Below are positions 51,582-63,400 of a stretch of 64,000 bases of DNA, in pieces. This DNA comes from Macrostomum lignano (Eukaryota): positions 62,001 through 126,000 of the forward strand of contig NIVC01001208.1 of NCBI GenBank assembly GCA_002269645.1, written 5' to 3'. The position numbers were made by a program, and so were the translations under genes. The notes under the pieces are model-generated. The model saw only the letters and a program-made list of their open reading frames with translations. It was not told where the DNA came from and did no database searches. Positions within the stretch are counted from its first letter, which is position 1. The number at the start of each line of letters is the position of its first letter.

Positions 51582-54296
51582 AAGACTTGAAGTAGCTAAG
51601 CAACAGGCCTACTAGACTATAATAAGCAATAAGGGTGAGCCTAATACTAATTGGTACTGGTATCCTTCTTTTTTAATTGAACTATCACCTATGCCTATGC
51701 TATGGGTATGGCTATGTTTGGGTAGCTATTATATTAGCTATAGGCCTAGTTTATAGTAGAGCTACTATAGTTAGGCTACACAACTTGTCAACAATGCTAT
51801 AACAGTCTAAACTAGCTACCCTGTAGATCTATATTTTGATACATTTTAGCTATTTTCTTTTTTATACAATGCTCAAATCATTAAAATTGTAAACATGCAA
51901 AGGCAATGAAAATAGGTCCATGATTAAAATTCTATTGAATATATTGTGTTCATATCAATAGTCTATATAGTATAGACTATATAATCATTAGGTCCAGTAT
52001 AGCTATTTAAGGAAAATTAATTAATTAATTGACAAGGATAGATAGCTATATAGCTCTAGTATCATAGTAGTATTGATCTATAGTTTGTTTATTTGATTTC
52101 ATTGGTATAGTAAAAAAGCTTAAATATTTATTCATCTTTCATGTACTTCTTGACACATTAATTCTCGCTCAAGATCATCCAAAAAGGTTTAAAAGTTTGC
52201 AACTCCAAGTTTTGACCATGTCATTCTCTGGTTCCTGAACAATTCCTGAAAATTGCTGAATGAACTTTTGACCGCCTTGCTGAAGAAGGTTATAGTACTG
52301 AGACAATTTTTGAGAGACTTGATAATGAAATATCTGTTGATTTGGATGTACAAACCCTTAAATATGTGAAAATTTTGCAAATATGTGAAAAGCTCATTCT
52401 CCAAAAATGTTGCACTTTCTGTCTTATGGAGGGAGCTGCTGCTTAATCTAATAGCCACATTTTTGAGCTGCTCACTTCTAAGTTTAGAATTTTATCAAGC
52501 AGTCCTTCCGCCTGCTGGCAATTTCTATCGCTTACGCAATAGCACAAAACAATCGTCTCTTTTATGCTACTTCTTATCCGAAACTGCCCCCTACTCAGTC
52601 ATGTATTGTGCAGTTGAAAGATGGTGAAAGATGAAAGTTCATTTTCTGAATGGCACCAATATTTTAGCTGATGTAATTTTTTTAGATGTCTGCAATTTAC
52701 AAGACTTTTTGAATCCATCCAATGTACCTATTGCTGCTGATATATTATGTTTAGCAAATACTTTCTTGTTTATCTGCCGCCCATCTTCTAACACCTGCAC
52801 TATTCCAGTGGGATGTAATTTTCTGCATCAGTTTGTTTCAGTCAATAATATTTTTCCCGATAAGGACTTGTGTCTCATTATACTGGATTCTTGCTGCCAT
52901 GAATATGGCTAAATTTGGGATGACTTGAAGCTGAGTAAGAACTGTTAAAACTGAGTAAGCACTACTAAGAATTGTATCTATTGCGGATCGTTTTCAAAAT
53001 ATAGATCACTTGAACCAATCGCCATACAATAATTCGCTTATTGCTTGCTAGTTGTGTATCTTGTTTGATTTTTTGTTGACTGTTGTATAGTTGGAAAAAG
53101 GTAAAAATACGAGAAAACATTTTGTGTGTACTCAAATTTCAATTTTAATGACTTTTAACGTTTCACTTTCTGTGCAGCTTTAATTTGAATGTTATATAAA
53201 TATAATAATGGTATGCAATCGTGCATATTGTACTAATTGTACATTATAAACTGCCCAATAGTAATCGAGTCTGGTTAGAAAAACATCCTCTCATGTGTTT
53301 ATCGTCTTTACATTAATTTTCTAATCTAAAAATTCAGAACATCGGCAAAAGCCATACATGCTACTCAGAGTAAACTGTGTGTCCATCCACCGAAAGTAAT
53401 TGCAATCGGATTGCGCCAGAAATTGCATAAATTACAATTCAATTGGTCTAAATTGCAAAACTTACAATCCGCGTGTGCAAAATTGCTAAAATTGCAATTT
53501 CGATTGTAATCAGCTTATCCAAAATTGCAATTGAGGTGCACGCAATTGGCAATTATTGTACAATTTCGGCAAGTAGATTGCAATTTTCGACAATTTCTTG
53601 TAATTTCGGTCGACTAGGGAAACTTCCAGAAATGATGAGAAATCCCGGCCTCCTGGCTCTCTTATTTCTCTCCCGCTCTTCCGATAACATGTACTTTGTG
53701 ATCAAATACTTTGTGATCGAAAATCATGAACAGAAATAAATTCTTGTTTCAAAAATGCACATGCAGTTTATGCAAATGTTTGCAGTCATTATAAAAACCT
53801 TAACTAATGCAGAGCTTGCTCATAAAAATTGAGGGGCGCCATAGTGCATTAATTCTCACCCAATCCCGACCATATCTCAGCGGTTGAACTGTCTACGAGT
53901 ATAAAAACCACACGAAACCAGTTTGTGTGCATGAATTTTTAGAGGGACGAGTTGTAGTCGAAATTTGCACATTTACGAGCAACATTTAAACGTTTCTTTC
54001 CGCTAATCACACCAGAATGTGCATGAAGCGCGCCACCGCGTACTCCTACGCCAGAGAACTCAGCTTGACTCAGATCTTCGGAGCAGTATCCGCTTTGCTC
54101 AGACTTTTAGCTCGTATAAATACTTCAAGCCACAACTCAGAACACTGCAGCTATAGCTGATCGGTTGTACAGATAAAGTATACAAACAGCTACATTTACA
54201 TACATAGAAGCTGTCCACCACAACACAAAATAAATACTGCAGGTGCTAAATTAAAAAAGACATCGAAACCTAGCCACTGAAAAATCCATTCAGATC

Positions 54297-57200
54297 ATGT
54301 TTTCCAATCTACTGTCAGCATTTTTCCAATCAATCGCTGTTGTCTTCATGCAGGCTTCTTCAATTCAGCAGTCAACTGATGAACCGACTGACCAAGAGTT
54401 CATGACGGCGATAGCCGCTGGTAATCTGGCCTTAATTCGCCACTGTTTGAAAAAGCGATCAATAAGTAGTTTTGATAGATTGATCAGTTTCCATGGAAAT
54501 CAGTTGTCGCCACTACATTTGGCGTGCGCCACTGAAAACAGCAAAGTTGTTGAGCAGTTGACTAGTCTCGGCTTTGACGGGAACATTCAGGATCGAAGCA
54601 ATGGCGCCGCGCCGCTGCACATCGCCTGTCAGTCCGGTCGGCCGGCTTCCGTTGAGCCACTCATTAAAGCGCAGGCCGATGTCAATCTGACTGACAGACA
54701 CGGCGCCTCGCCTCTGTTCATCGCTGCCCAGGATGGTCATCATCAGATTGTCAGCCTGCTGATCCGGGCCAAAGCTGACGTGAATTTGGCCGCTAAGAAT
54801 GGCATGACATCGCTGCATATTGCGTCTCAAGAAGGCAATTATCAGGTTGTCGAGCTGCTTATTCAAGCCTTGGCCAATGTTAATATTCGAGATAGAGAAG
54901 GTGCCACACCTCTATACCTTGCTTCGCAGAATGATCACATAAGGGTAGTTCGTCTGTTAATTAAAGCTGGAGCAATGCTGAACAGCCAGACTAACAAGAA
55001 GATGTCGCCATTGCACGTTGCATCGCAGAATGGTCACCAGAGAATTGTGCAGGCCCTTGTTAATGCCGGTGCCAATGTCAACAGCCAGCAATCTGACGGT
55101 GCGACGCCTCTGTACTTCGCATCGCAGAAAGGTCACTATGCTGTGGCTCTAATCCTTGTCAAAGCTCATGCAGATGTAAATCTTCCAATTCATTACGGCG
55201 CCATTCCGCTTCACGTAGCCCTAGTCCAAGGTCACAATGACGTCATCAAGTTGCTAATCGAAGCTCGCTCTGATGTTGACTATCCTATGACGAACGGACA
55301 AACCCCGCTGTACATCGCAGCCGATCATGGCAATCGACAGACTGTTCAGTGCCTCATCAACGCCCAGGCCGACGTGAATTGTCGGCGAAGGGACGGAGCC
55401 ACGCCGCTGTGCATCGCTGCTCAGAACGGTCACAGTGCGGTCGTGCAGTCCTTAATCGGAGCTCAAGCCGATGTTGACATTCTAGGATTGAATGAAATGT
55501 CGCCTTTGTACCTCGCGGCGCAAGCTGGTCGGGATCAGGTGGTCAAGCTGCTTGTCGATGCTGGAGCAGCAGTCAATCTGCAACAGAAAGATGGCGCTAC
55601 GCCGATGTACATAGCCAGTCAGCAAGGTCATCACCGAGTAGTTGAGCTGCTCATCCGAGCTCAAGCCGACGTTAATCTGTCGCGAATCGATGGAGCAACT
55701 CCAGTGTGCATTGCTGCTCACTTTGGTCGGGATAAAGTGATGGAGTTGCTTATTGAGGCTGGAGCTAACGTAGCAGATGCTGTTTATGATGGTAAGACAC
55801 CAATACAGATTGCTGCCGAAGAAGGACATTCGAGGGTGTACGCGGTGTTAAAGAGTGCAATGCTGAAGATGGACTTGTCGAAGGAAGAGGACGATACGAT
55901 GAACAACTGCCAAGATCCTGGAGCACCTGAAGACAATGAAAATTGGGATTATGATGAGTGCGTACATTTACAACTGAGTATTTTGTCACTTAGTCCCTGA
56001 CTCTTGCATTAATTAGTTACCGGGCTCGACTCCCGGTGCTGCTTTATTAACCTGTACATGTAGTTCACTGTGGAATGTTGACCCAGGGCTTCGAGCTCAC
56101 AATTGCCAACCCCAAGGCACAGATAGTTCCTAGAGAGTTATTTAGTTAGTTAGTTAGTTGAGTTTAACTTCTCCTATTCAGACACGAACTGAGCCAGCAG
56201 CTGCATCAGGCTCTGACTCGATCCGGCTTCACGGACTCCCGGGCCGCTATGCAAAGCTCACTGGCCGACGCCCTGCAGAGCATTCTCCGTCTGAGATTGA
56301 ATCACAATGAAATCCACGTAGTTGGCAGCTACTCAGAGGGTTGGGGCAACAATTTGACAACGTTGGACGGCAGGACAGATTTCGAGTCGGACATTGACGT
56401 GATGCGGCTGCTGCACGGCAGACTGTACCACCTGAGAAGCGCGTGCCAGTGCGTAGGCAAGGACGTCGAGACCGTGGACTATGACAATGGACACATAGCG
56501 TGCAAAGGATTTGGTAATTTGACTTGGGCTTGAGGAAATGTCTGCATTCTTTTGCATTCTTGTACGTTTAAAATTAACTGTAGGCCTGATCCTTACATTG
56601 ATGAAACTCTGAATCTGAAGCAGTTAGAAGCAGAATTTACAAAAACCATTTAATTTTCACGCAAGACAACGATCGGAAAACGCCCAGTAATCTTTCTGAT
56701 AATTCGATTTCTGAATGCCACTTAATTCTCACCACAATCAACCGCATGTCCCGGCAGCGTCAACTCCGGCCAGCGCGTCTGACGGCTCACACGCGAAGCC
56801 GGCTGTCGATCTGGTGGACGCCTGTCGTCTCTGCTGTTACCCTCTCATCGCCCCGCTACAGCCAGACAGAATCGCCAAGTCCAACATTACCGAGTCGGTG
56901 CTTCGGTCGCTCAATCGCGAACTGACGTCGCCTTCGTCGCCCTGTCACGTGGTGCACGCAGCTCCTCCCGGACAGGGGGGAGAGCAACTCAGAGTGAGCA
57001 CAACCTTCTTGGAGAGGCGTCTTTTGCGGAGCCTTAGCACCCTTCAGGGCCAGCTTTTCGTTGCATTGAAGTATCTAGTTAAGAAGGTCATCTGTCACGA
57101 CGACGGCTTCAAAGTGAAAGGTTTAAAAGCCTATCATGCCAAGACCATCACGTTCCAGATGCTGGAAGCGACTCCCGCTGATCAATGGAAGCCGGAAAAC

Positions 57201-58205
57201 CTGGTAGGCCTCATCAGGCAGTCGCTGCAGAGGCTGCTGGACAACTTGGAGAGAGCCTGCCACTCGGACAGCGCTGAGGGGCCAATCATGAGTCACTTCT
57301 TTCTGTGCGACACGGCCCTCTATCTGAAAGGCGTGGACCGCAGTTCGTCTGAGAAAATGAAGCTGGTCCTAACAAACGCTGCTACTGGGTTGAGAAAGAC
57401 CATCAATCAGCTTCCTAGGCTACTGTTAAAGTTCAAAGCCAATCTGAGAGAGGTTACAAACTCTGGCAGGTTCTACTTTCATCCGTTTCTCATCCTGCCG
57501 AATTTGCAAGCTAATCCGGTTAGCAGCACAGCTGCAAGTCTCGAATATCACGAGATCTTTGATGTAGTGAGGGAGTCTCTGGTTCAACTGGCTGAAGAAG
57601 ATTGCAGCGCTACTGCGCAGGAGAATCTGGCTAAGCTCATTGCCAGATTGCCTAACTGTGCTCAGACTGCTCGAGAGTCGCTAAAGGTGCTGGCTTGTCT
57701 TAAGTTTGGCTATCGAGATGCCGCTGTCAGGACGCTGGCCTATTGTGACAGGCACGAGGTGAGCCGGGGAATTCCCTGGTCAGCTAATCGATCCAGGGCA
57801 GAGGCTACTGCCGAACTTGTGATGCAATTTATAAAGGCCAACGACTCCGCCTGGAAGTTTTGCTTTAAGTTTGCCAAGCGTCCAGAATTGAGATTTCTAT
57901 CGCCGACTCTGGTGCACTGTTTCCCGCAAGTTCTGGAGAATGACGCCAGCTGGTACTTTGTCAATTTTGACGCTCTAATGCAGTGTCTGCGGCTTGAAAT
58001 TACGCCTAACGACCTGAGGGCTCAACTTTGGGTTTGGGACGTCGCTAAACGAGAGGATGCCGACGTGCTTGAGCTGATGACGGCCGCTTCTTACTGCAAC
58101 GACAAGAAGCTGATGGACAGATTTATTGAGCAAATTCGACGGATCAGCTTCATTCCCGACTGGCTGAGAGAAAATCTGAAGTTGAAGCTTCGAGATGCCT
58201 GGTGA
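54297..58205 (+). CDS. Ankyrin-repeat / Mab-21 (cGAS-like receptor, cGLR) nucleotidyltransferase fusion, 3 exons, ~1146 aa
   Basis: Exons 54297-55957, 56182-56513 and 56758-58205 total 3441 nt. Introns: GA|GTGCGT..TATTCAG|A (phase 2) and G|GTAATT..CGGCAG|CG (phase 1). ~14 ANK repeats (TPLxxAxxxGHxxxVxxLIxAxADVN). NTase motif VVGSYSEG-x14-SDIDVM, third Asp in PAVDLVDA, and Mab-21 C-lobe motifs LRVSTTFLERRLL, FVALKYL, KAYHAKT, W, MSHFFL. The start may lie further upstream (CAG acceptor-like site at 54291-54293). Confidence 0.88.
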
Positions 58206-60821
58206 TAGGGGGTGGGTGGATGCAACACTTAACTTTTTATTTCCTTTGAGGGTATTAGTAGCTTTATTAAGCATATTTCAAAAAAATTGATCTTTCTTAG
58301 TTGCTGGTTCATTGGGGACTATTATTCGCGCGACTGAATACGTTTACACCAGCATTAAATATATACTCTTATCTCAACCTGTCTAAAATCTTAAATATGG
58401 GTTGCTTTGAAAGTTGTTAATTTAGCTATGCATCAGATATTATTTTATTGCTTTTTTAATTTATATTTTCTGTACTCAACTTTAACGTCGCTATTGGTAC
58501 CTAAAAATCCCGAATCCCTAATCCCTAATTTAATTAATCCCTAATTCTTTAATCCCTATTTAAGAGTAAACAAATGTCTTTATTTTACCTGAACTACCTG
58601 ATGTCTTTAAACTCCCTTGAGCCACAGTATTTTAGCTATTTCTCAATGACTCCTGACATATCTCAGCAATTCCTCCCGAAAGCCTTGACATCTCAACCAG
58701 AAAAAGGATTCCAGCATTTTACGAACGCTCACTATTGAAACCAAAATTCGTGTTTACGTTACTGCTACTTGATACGTTTGTTAGCCGTTTGAAGTCTCGT
58801 GTTCCAACCAAGGACTACTTAAGAACCACTTAAGTGTTCTTAAGTAGTCCTTGGTTCCAACCACGTCAACTTGCTGCTCTAGTAAGGCCATCAGGTTTTT
58901 GTCATTGTGAGACAATACGAGCGTAATTTGGTTTTGACCACCGCCAAGAACAACATCTCCCTCAGTCAGACGGCCGTCTTCTACATCCAGCATCCTCGCG
59001 GACATCTCCTCGCAGCATCCTCGCGTACATCAAGAACCAGCTATAGACCGCGTCAGAGGTAGACAACAAACTGCTGACGTTGCGGGATGGCCACGCAGTC
59101 GGGCGGCTGCCATGATGCGTTGTCGGCGTCGGCAGGAAAGCTTGGACTGCACCGCGGAGCTGGGCGAGGAACTTGTCGTGGCCGTCGTCAGGCTGGCCAG
59201 GCTGCAGGCACTCGCCAGGCACACAGAGGGGCGCTCCGTAGACCACAGCCTGGGCCTCATTCTTAAGCCCGAACTGCATTCGCAGGAACTCGAAGAGGCC
59301 GAACGGGGTGATGACGGCTGTCTTGGGCACATCGGCGGCGGCCATCGGCACCTGGTGGTAGCCACGCACCAGGTCAATCTTCGAGAAAACCGAGCACCCG
59401 GCCAGGCGCGCCGAGAAATCTTGGATGTGCGGCACCATGTAGCGGTCGGGGCACGGTGGCGTCGTTGAGTCGCTGAAAGTCGCCACCCGCCAGAGGCCTT
59501 GGGCACTATGTGCAGCGGCGAGGACCAAGGGCTGTGGGAGCGGCGCACAATGCCGAGCTGTTCCAAGAGCCGGAACTCCTCCTTGGCCACCGCCAGCTTG
59601 TCCGGTGGCAGGCGGCGCGGGTGGGCGTGAACCGGCGGGCCGTTGGTCGGGATGTGGTGTTCCACACCGTGGCGAGGCTCTGCTATCTGAAAACTGGGCT
59701 CAGTGAGGGTCGGGAATTCTGCCAGCAGCTGTCTGTACGGATCCGCAGCGGCGGCTGCGGTGAGCTGCAGTCCGGGCCCTGTGCTGCCTAGCAGATGCAC
59801 GCTGGCAAGCGATCGAGCGTCCATGAAGCCGCACCAGCGGCAGGTCCACAAGCAGACCGTGGTGGCCAAGGAAGTCAGCGCCGATGAGCGGGCGGGAGAC
59901 CTCGGCTAGGATGAACGGCCAGGAGCAGCGCCGGATTCCCAGGTCGAGCGTGAGCTGTCGCGTGCTGAAGGTGCGGATGGCGCTGCCGCTGCCGTTAGCC
60001 GCGTAGAGCGGCGGACCAGTGAGTGCAGGCGAGCATCGGTGCCGGTGACGGGTAAAATGCTCACCTCGGCGCCAGTGTCGACCAGGAAACGCCGGCCCGA
60101 CTGGACGTCCGAAAAGAGGAGCAGGCTACTGTTGCTGCCGGCCGTCGAGCCGTTCACCGACGGCCGGCCTGGCCGTTTCCCTGGAAACTGCACGGAGGCT
60201 CACAGCGACGGGCCTTCGCCCCGAAACGGCGGTGGAAATGGCAGAGGCCGTCTTCGGAGCGTTGCCGCGGCTGCCGGTCCTGGTAGGGCTTGCGGTTGCT
60301 CTCGCTGAGGCCCGCGGTGGCCACCGACTGGGCAGGCTGCTGGGCTGCGGGAACCACCGGCAGCTGCGCTGCTGCGCGTGGCTCGCTGAAGTCAGCGGTC
60401 GCCATGGCCATCCGAACATCGGCAGGCAGTTGCTGGCGGAACAACTCCTCGAAGATGAGGCAAGGCCGATGGTCTCCTAGCAAGGCCAGCATCTCATCCA
60501 TTTAGTTCCGAAGGCAGTCGATCACCAAGTCCGGAGAGATTGAGCAGACGGCTGGCCCTCTGTTGCCCGGGTCTGGCCGGGTCTGCCGAGCAACCGTGTT
60601 TTCAGCGCGTTATACCACTCTTATGTCGGCGGTGCCTCTAGTACGTCGAGAAGCCGTTCGGCTGTCTGCTGGTCGAGCGCGGTGATGACACATGGCAATA
60701 CTTGGTGTTATACAGACTTCGGCCTGTATAAACCAGGCCCTTAGGCTGGGAAGCCCAAAAGGTTGGCAGTTTGAGTGCGACGGCGGACTAAGTCATGATA
60801 ATGACCTCAGCTACGGCTGGG

Positions 60822-60837
60822 GCAGTCGGGCTCACCA
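60822..60837 (-). promoter_or_regulatory. Putative primer-binding site (TGGTGAGCCCGACTGC), tRNA-Trp-like
   Basis: Begins TGG immediately after the LTR and before gag (ATG ~60796). It resembles the TGGTGACCCCGAC PBS common in this Gypsy lineage. Confidence 0.6.
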
Positions 60838-60838
60838 A

Positions 60839-61079
60839 TTTAGCGTCTCGCAAAATGAAAATGCGGCGAGAAGAACAGTGACAACAATTTCAAGGCCATT
60901 TTCATCAGGATCTTTTATACAGAGCGTGCATGGCGGAGGTGCGCGAGTGGCGTGAGTCAACCCCCCCGGCTTAGCGAGCCGGTGGGCGGTGCACCCACCC
61001 CCGGCTAGGCGGCCGGAGGTTAATTGAGTGCGAATGTACCGCAACGGCGCTGCGTCCCGGCCTGGCCGCTTTATATACA
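60839..61079 (-). repeat. Putative 5' LTR (~240 bp)
   Basis: Starts TGTATAT on the minus strand, contains TATAAAA, and ends just before the PBS. Confidence 0.55.
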
Positions 61080-62699
61080 TGTACATGTATGGGCACACAA
61101 ACTCAGACTGTTCACCAGACTCATTCTCAACATGCTAGATTGATGTTAAGCTGCAGTTGTTTTCTGATCACTCTGCTTTCAAACGATGTACATGTATTTA
61201 CATGTAATCTTTAGATGTCAAAATTGCGATCGGCTTCAGTGGTTCCAAATATTATACAATATTTCGTTGTCAGTAATTCGAAGTCGCCGCAGCGACTGCG
61301 CGTATGCAGCGAGTTGACGCTATTCAGCGGGCTCGCCAAACTGCGTAGACTTGTACAGGACATATAGTAGCAGCGCCTGTTGCACGGAACATCCGATCTG
61401 CAGCAGTGCAAGGTGGACGGCATGCCGCCAAAATGAGCCGAATACTCTTAGATGACTGCAGCATATGGTTGGCGGGCACCTGCTCCTTCATTATGTTGTA
61501 ACTCATGCCGCGCGGGCAGCGATCGTTCAGAATGCATGGCCTGAACACCATTTCAAACTGCCTCATATTCATTTCTCGTTGGTCGCTCTGCACTGGTAAG
61601 GAAATTATATTAGAAAGATTATCAGATCTGGCTAAGGAAACTGTACCAAAGTTTGACGCTTTCAAAACTTAATTTCTAGGCCAGCTATATATAAGAATCG
61701 CCAAAGTTGCTAATTGGTTACCACAGTCTCTGCCCCTGTCTCTTTGGTTGGTGCTCCTGTACTCCAAATGCAACAATCAAAAAGCGTACCTGAGAGTAGA
61801 CGGTCACAAGAACCATCGCAATGGCAAAACACGACCAAGCTGAGGTCGCATTTTCGGTTTCAAATTCAAAGTTTTCTTTCAGCCAAGGGAGATGCTTTAA
61901 TTCTTCAATGCTATAAAATTCCACATCTGAGCACACATCATTTCTATTTATGCTTTTTTGAGCACTACTATGAATGTTTGAAGATAAAATTTCTGACGAC
62001 CGATTTTTACACATCTGGGACGAGAATTCCTTCTAGATCGTTTTGATTATTGTGCACAGTTGAACTTAGAAAATTAGCCGATAGCCGCTAGACTGCAAAA
62101 TTTGAACTGATCAGACATTTAAGCTATGGCAGTTAAAAGGCAGGAAGAACTTTGTTGTATAGCAAAATTGCCCGACCATTTGAAAGTGCAATCAATCTAC
62201 ATGTACTTCAAGTAGCTCTACTTCGTATATGCATTCAAATGTCAAATTTTTGCTTATGACAACCAGTCGTACAATGATGCATTAACTGTGTTTCATCCAT
62301 CAGAATCTATAGCTATAAAATTTGCTCGAGCGTTAAGTAGACCAATTAGACAATTTAATTTCTATCTATCCATATATCTACATGTACATGTATACACAGT
62401 ATATCTAATGTAATGTACAATATTTGCTCATTTGCAAGAGACGTTGATTAGTAGACAGCCGTTAGGGCCAATGAATTCTCTGCCTTACGGGTTCGTCGCT
62501 TGTTCAAACCTAACATTGTAGCGGTATAGCCTCTTCAGCTTAGCTCTGATTGTAGGGCTGTCCTACAGTCAGTCGTAAGCAGTAGCAGGATTGGGCCTGT
62601 TACTTCAGCGGCTCGACTGCACACACCCACGTACTATTCGGCACCTCAACGCCGTAATGAAGCCGCTGGCAAGTCGGCGGTAAATATTTGCGTCTCATA

Positions 62700-63400
62700 G
62701 CAAACGATAGGACGATAGGGCGTTATGAGAATTTGCAACATGTTTTCCTTATCACCCTCGAGTGGCTATGTCAGTTTCAAGCAAAGTTTCTGAGGCGAAG
62801 GTGACTTCGAAGACAAACCTCACAGTTCGGTGGACTCAGGACCACCACTAGCAGAGTGGCATCGATAACGTCTAGAGCCTCCTTGAGGAGGACAGGCGAG
62901 TAACTGTTGCTGAAAAACATGTAGCAGAGGCCAGTGGTACCATGCAGTTATACCAGCGCGCAGTCCATCCTGACAGCTCAGCTCGGAATGTTGAAAGTTT
63001 GTGCCAGATAGGTGCCAAAACTTTTGACTGTAGAGATGCAGCACAATCGGATGCTGGCTTGTCAGCACCTGCTGCACATGTTGTACATGTAGTAGTATTG
63101 CAAAGAGGAGTTTCTCGACTCAATCGTGACGGGGGGTGAGGGAGGCGATGTTTTATTCACTGTAGGAGCCGGAGACCAAAGTTCGAATCATGCAGTTGAA
63201 AGCGTCCCGATGAGCCCACTCCGTGAATCGACGGTGTCTTTGAGGAAGAAGCGGACAGGCCACCATCTTGTGGGATAAGGGTGCTGTTGATCGAGTGGCT
63301 GCCTGAAGAGCGGACGTTAACGATTGACTCCTATTTTGTCACAATGCGCCAGCTGAAGGAGGTAATCGAGCTGGAGAAGATCGCGTATGTCACAACGTCA
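62700..63400 (+). mobile_element. Degenerate mariner-like transposase relic
   Basis: Frame-broken fragments DFEDKPHS, EEDRRVTV, KVCAR*VPKLLT (WVPxEL motif), IVTGGE (VTGDE), EPETK, and GVLLIEWLPEERTLTIDSY. Confidence 0.75.

Larger units (their letters stand above)
58960..61079 (-). mobile_element. Gypsy/Ty3 LTR retrotransposon, internally deleted and 3'-truncated
   Basis: Degenerate gag (LPTFW..WFIQAE, LDQQTA, GDRLPSEL, CHFHRRFGAKARRCEPPCSF), protease (FLVDTGAEVS), RT N-half (SPWSSPLHIVPK, FSKIDLVRGYHQ, TPFGLFEFLRMQFGLKN) fused to an integrase C-terminal segment (VYGAPLCVPGE..HH). Stops and frameshifts are present. No 3' LTR found. Confidence 0.92.

Noticed and set aside
58505-58560. Telomere-like CCCTAA motifs
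   Set aside because: Only a few scattered TAATCCC units; not a telomeric array.
59245-59255. Gypsy RT-IN junction as a splicing product (CAG|G)
   Set aside because: The expected RT continuation (AQ-TFQR) gives no GT donor; simple deletion is more parsimonious.
61211-62520. Possible Ly6/three-finger gene on minus (CCRSDVPCN at ~61385-61410; LQC*V*TSD at ~62500)
   Set aside because: Stops at key codons, no coherent signal peptide or GPI tail in frame, and no consistent exon chain; insufficient support.
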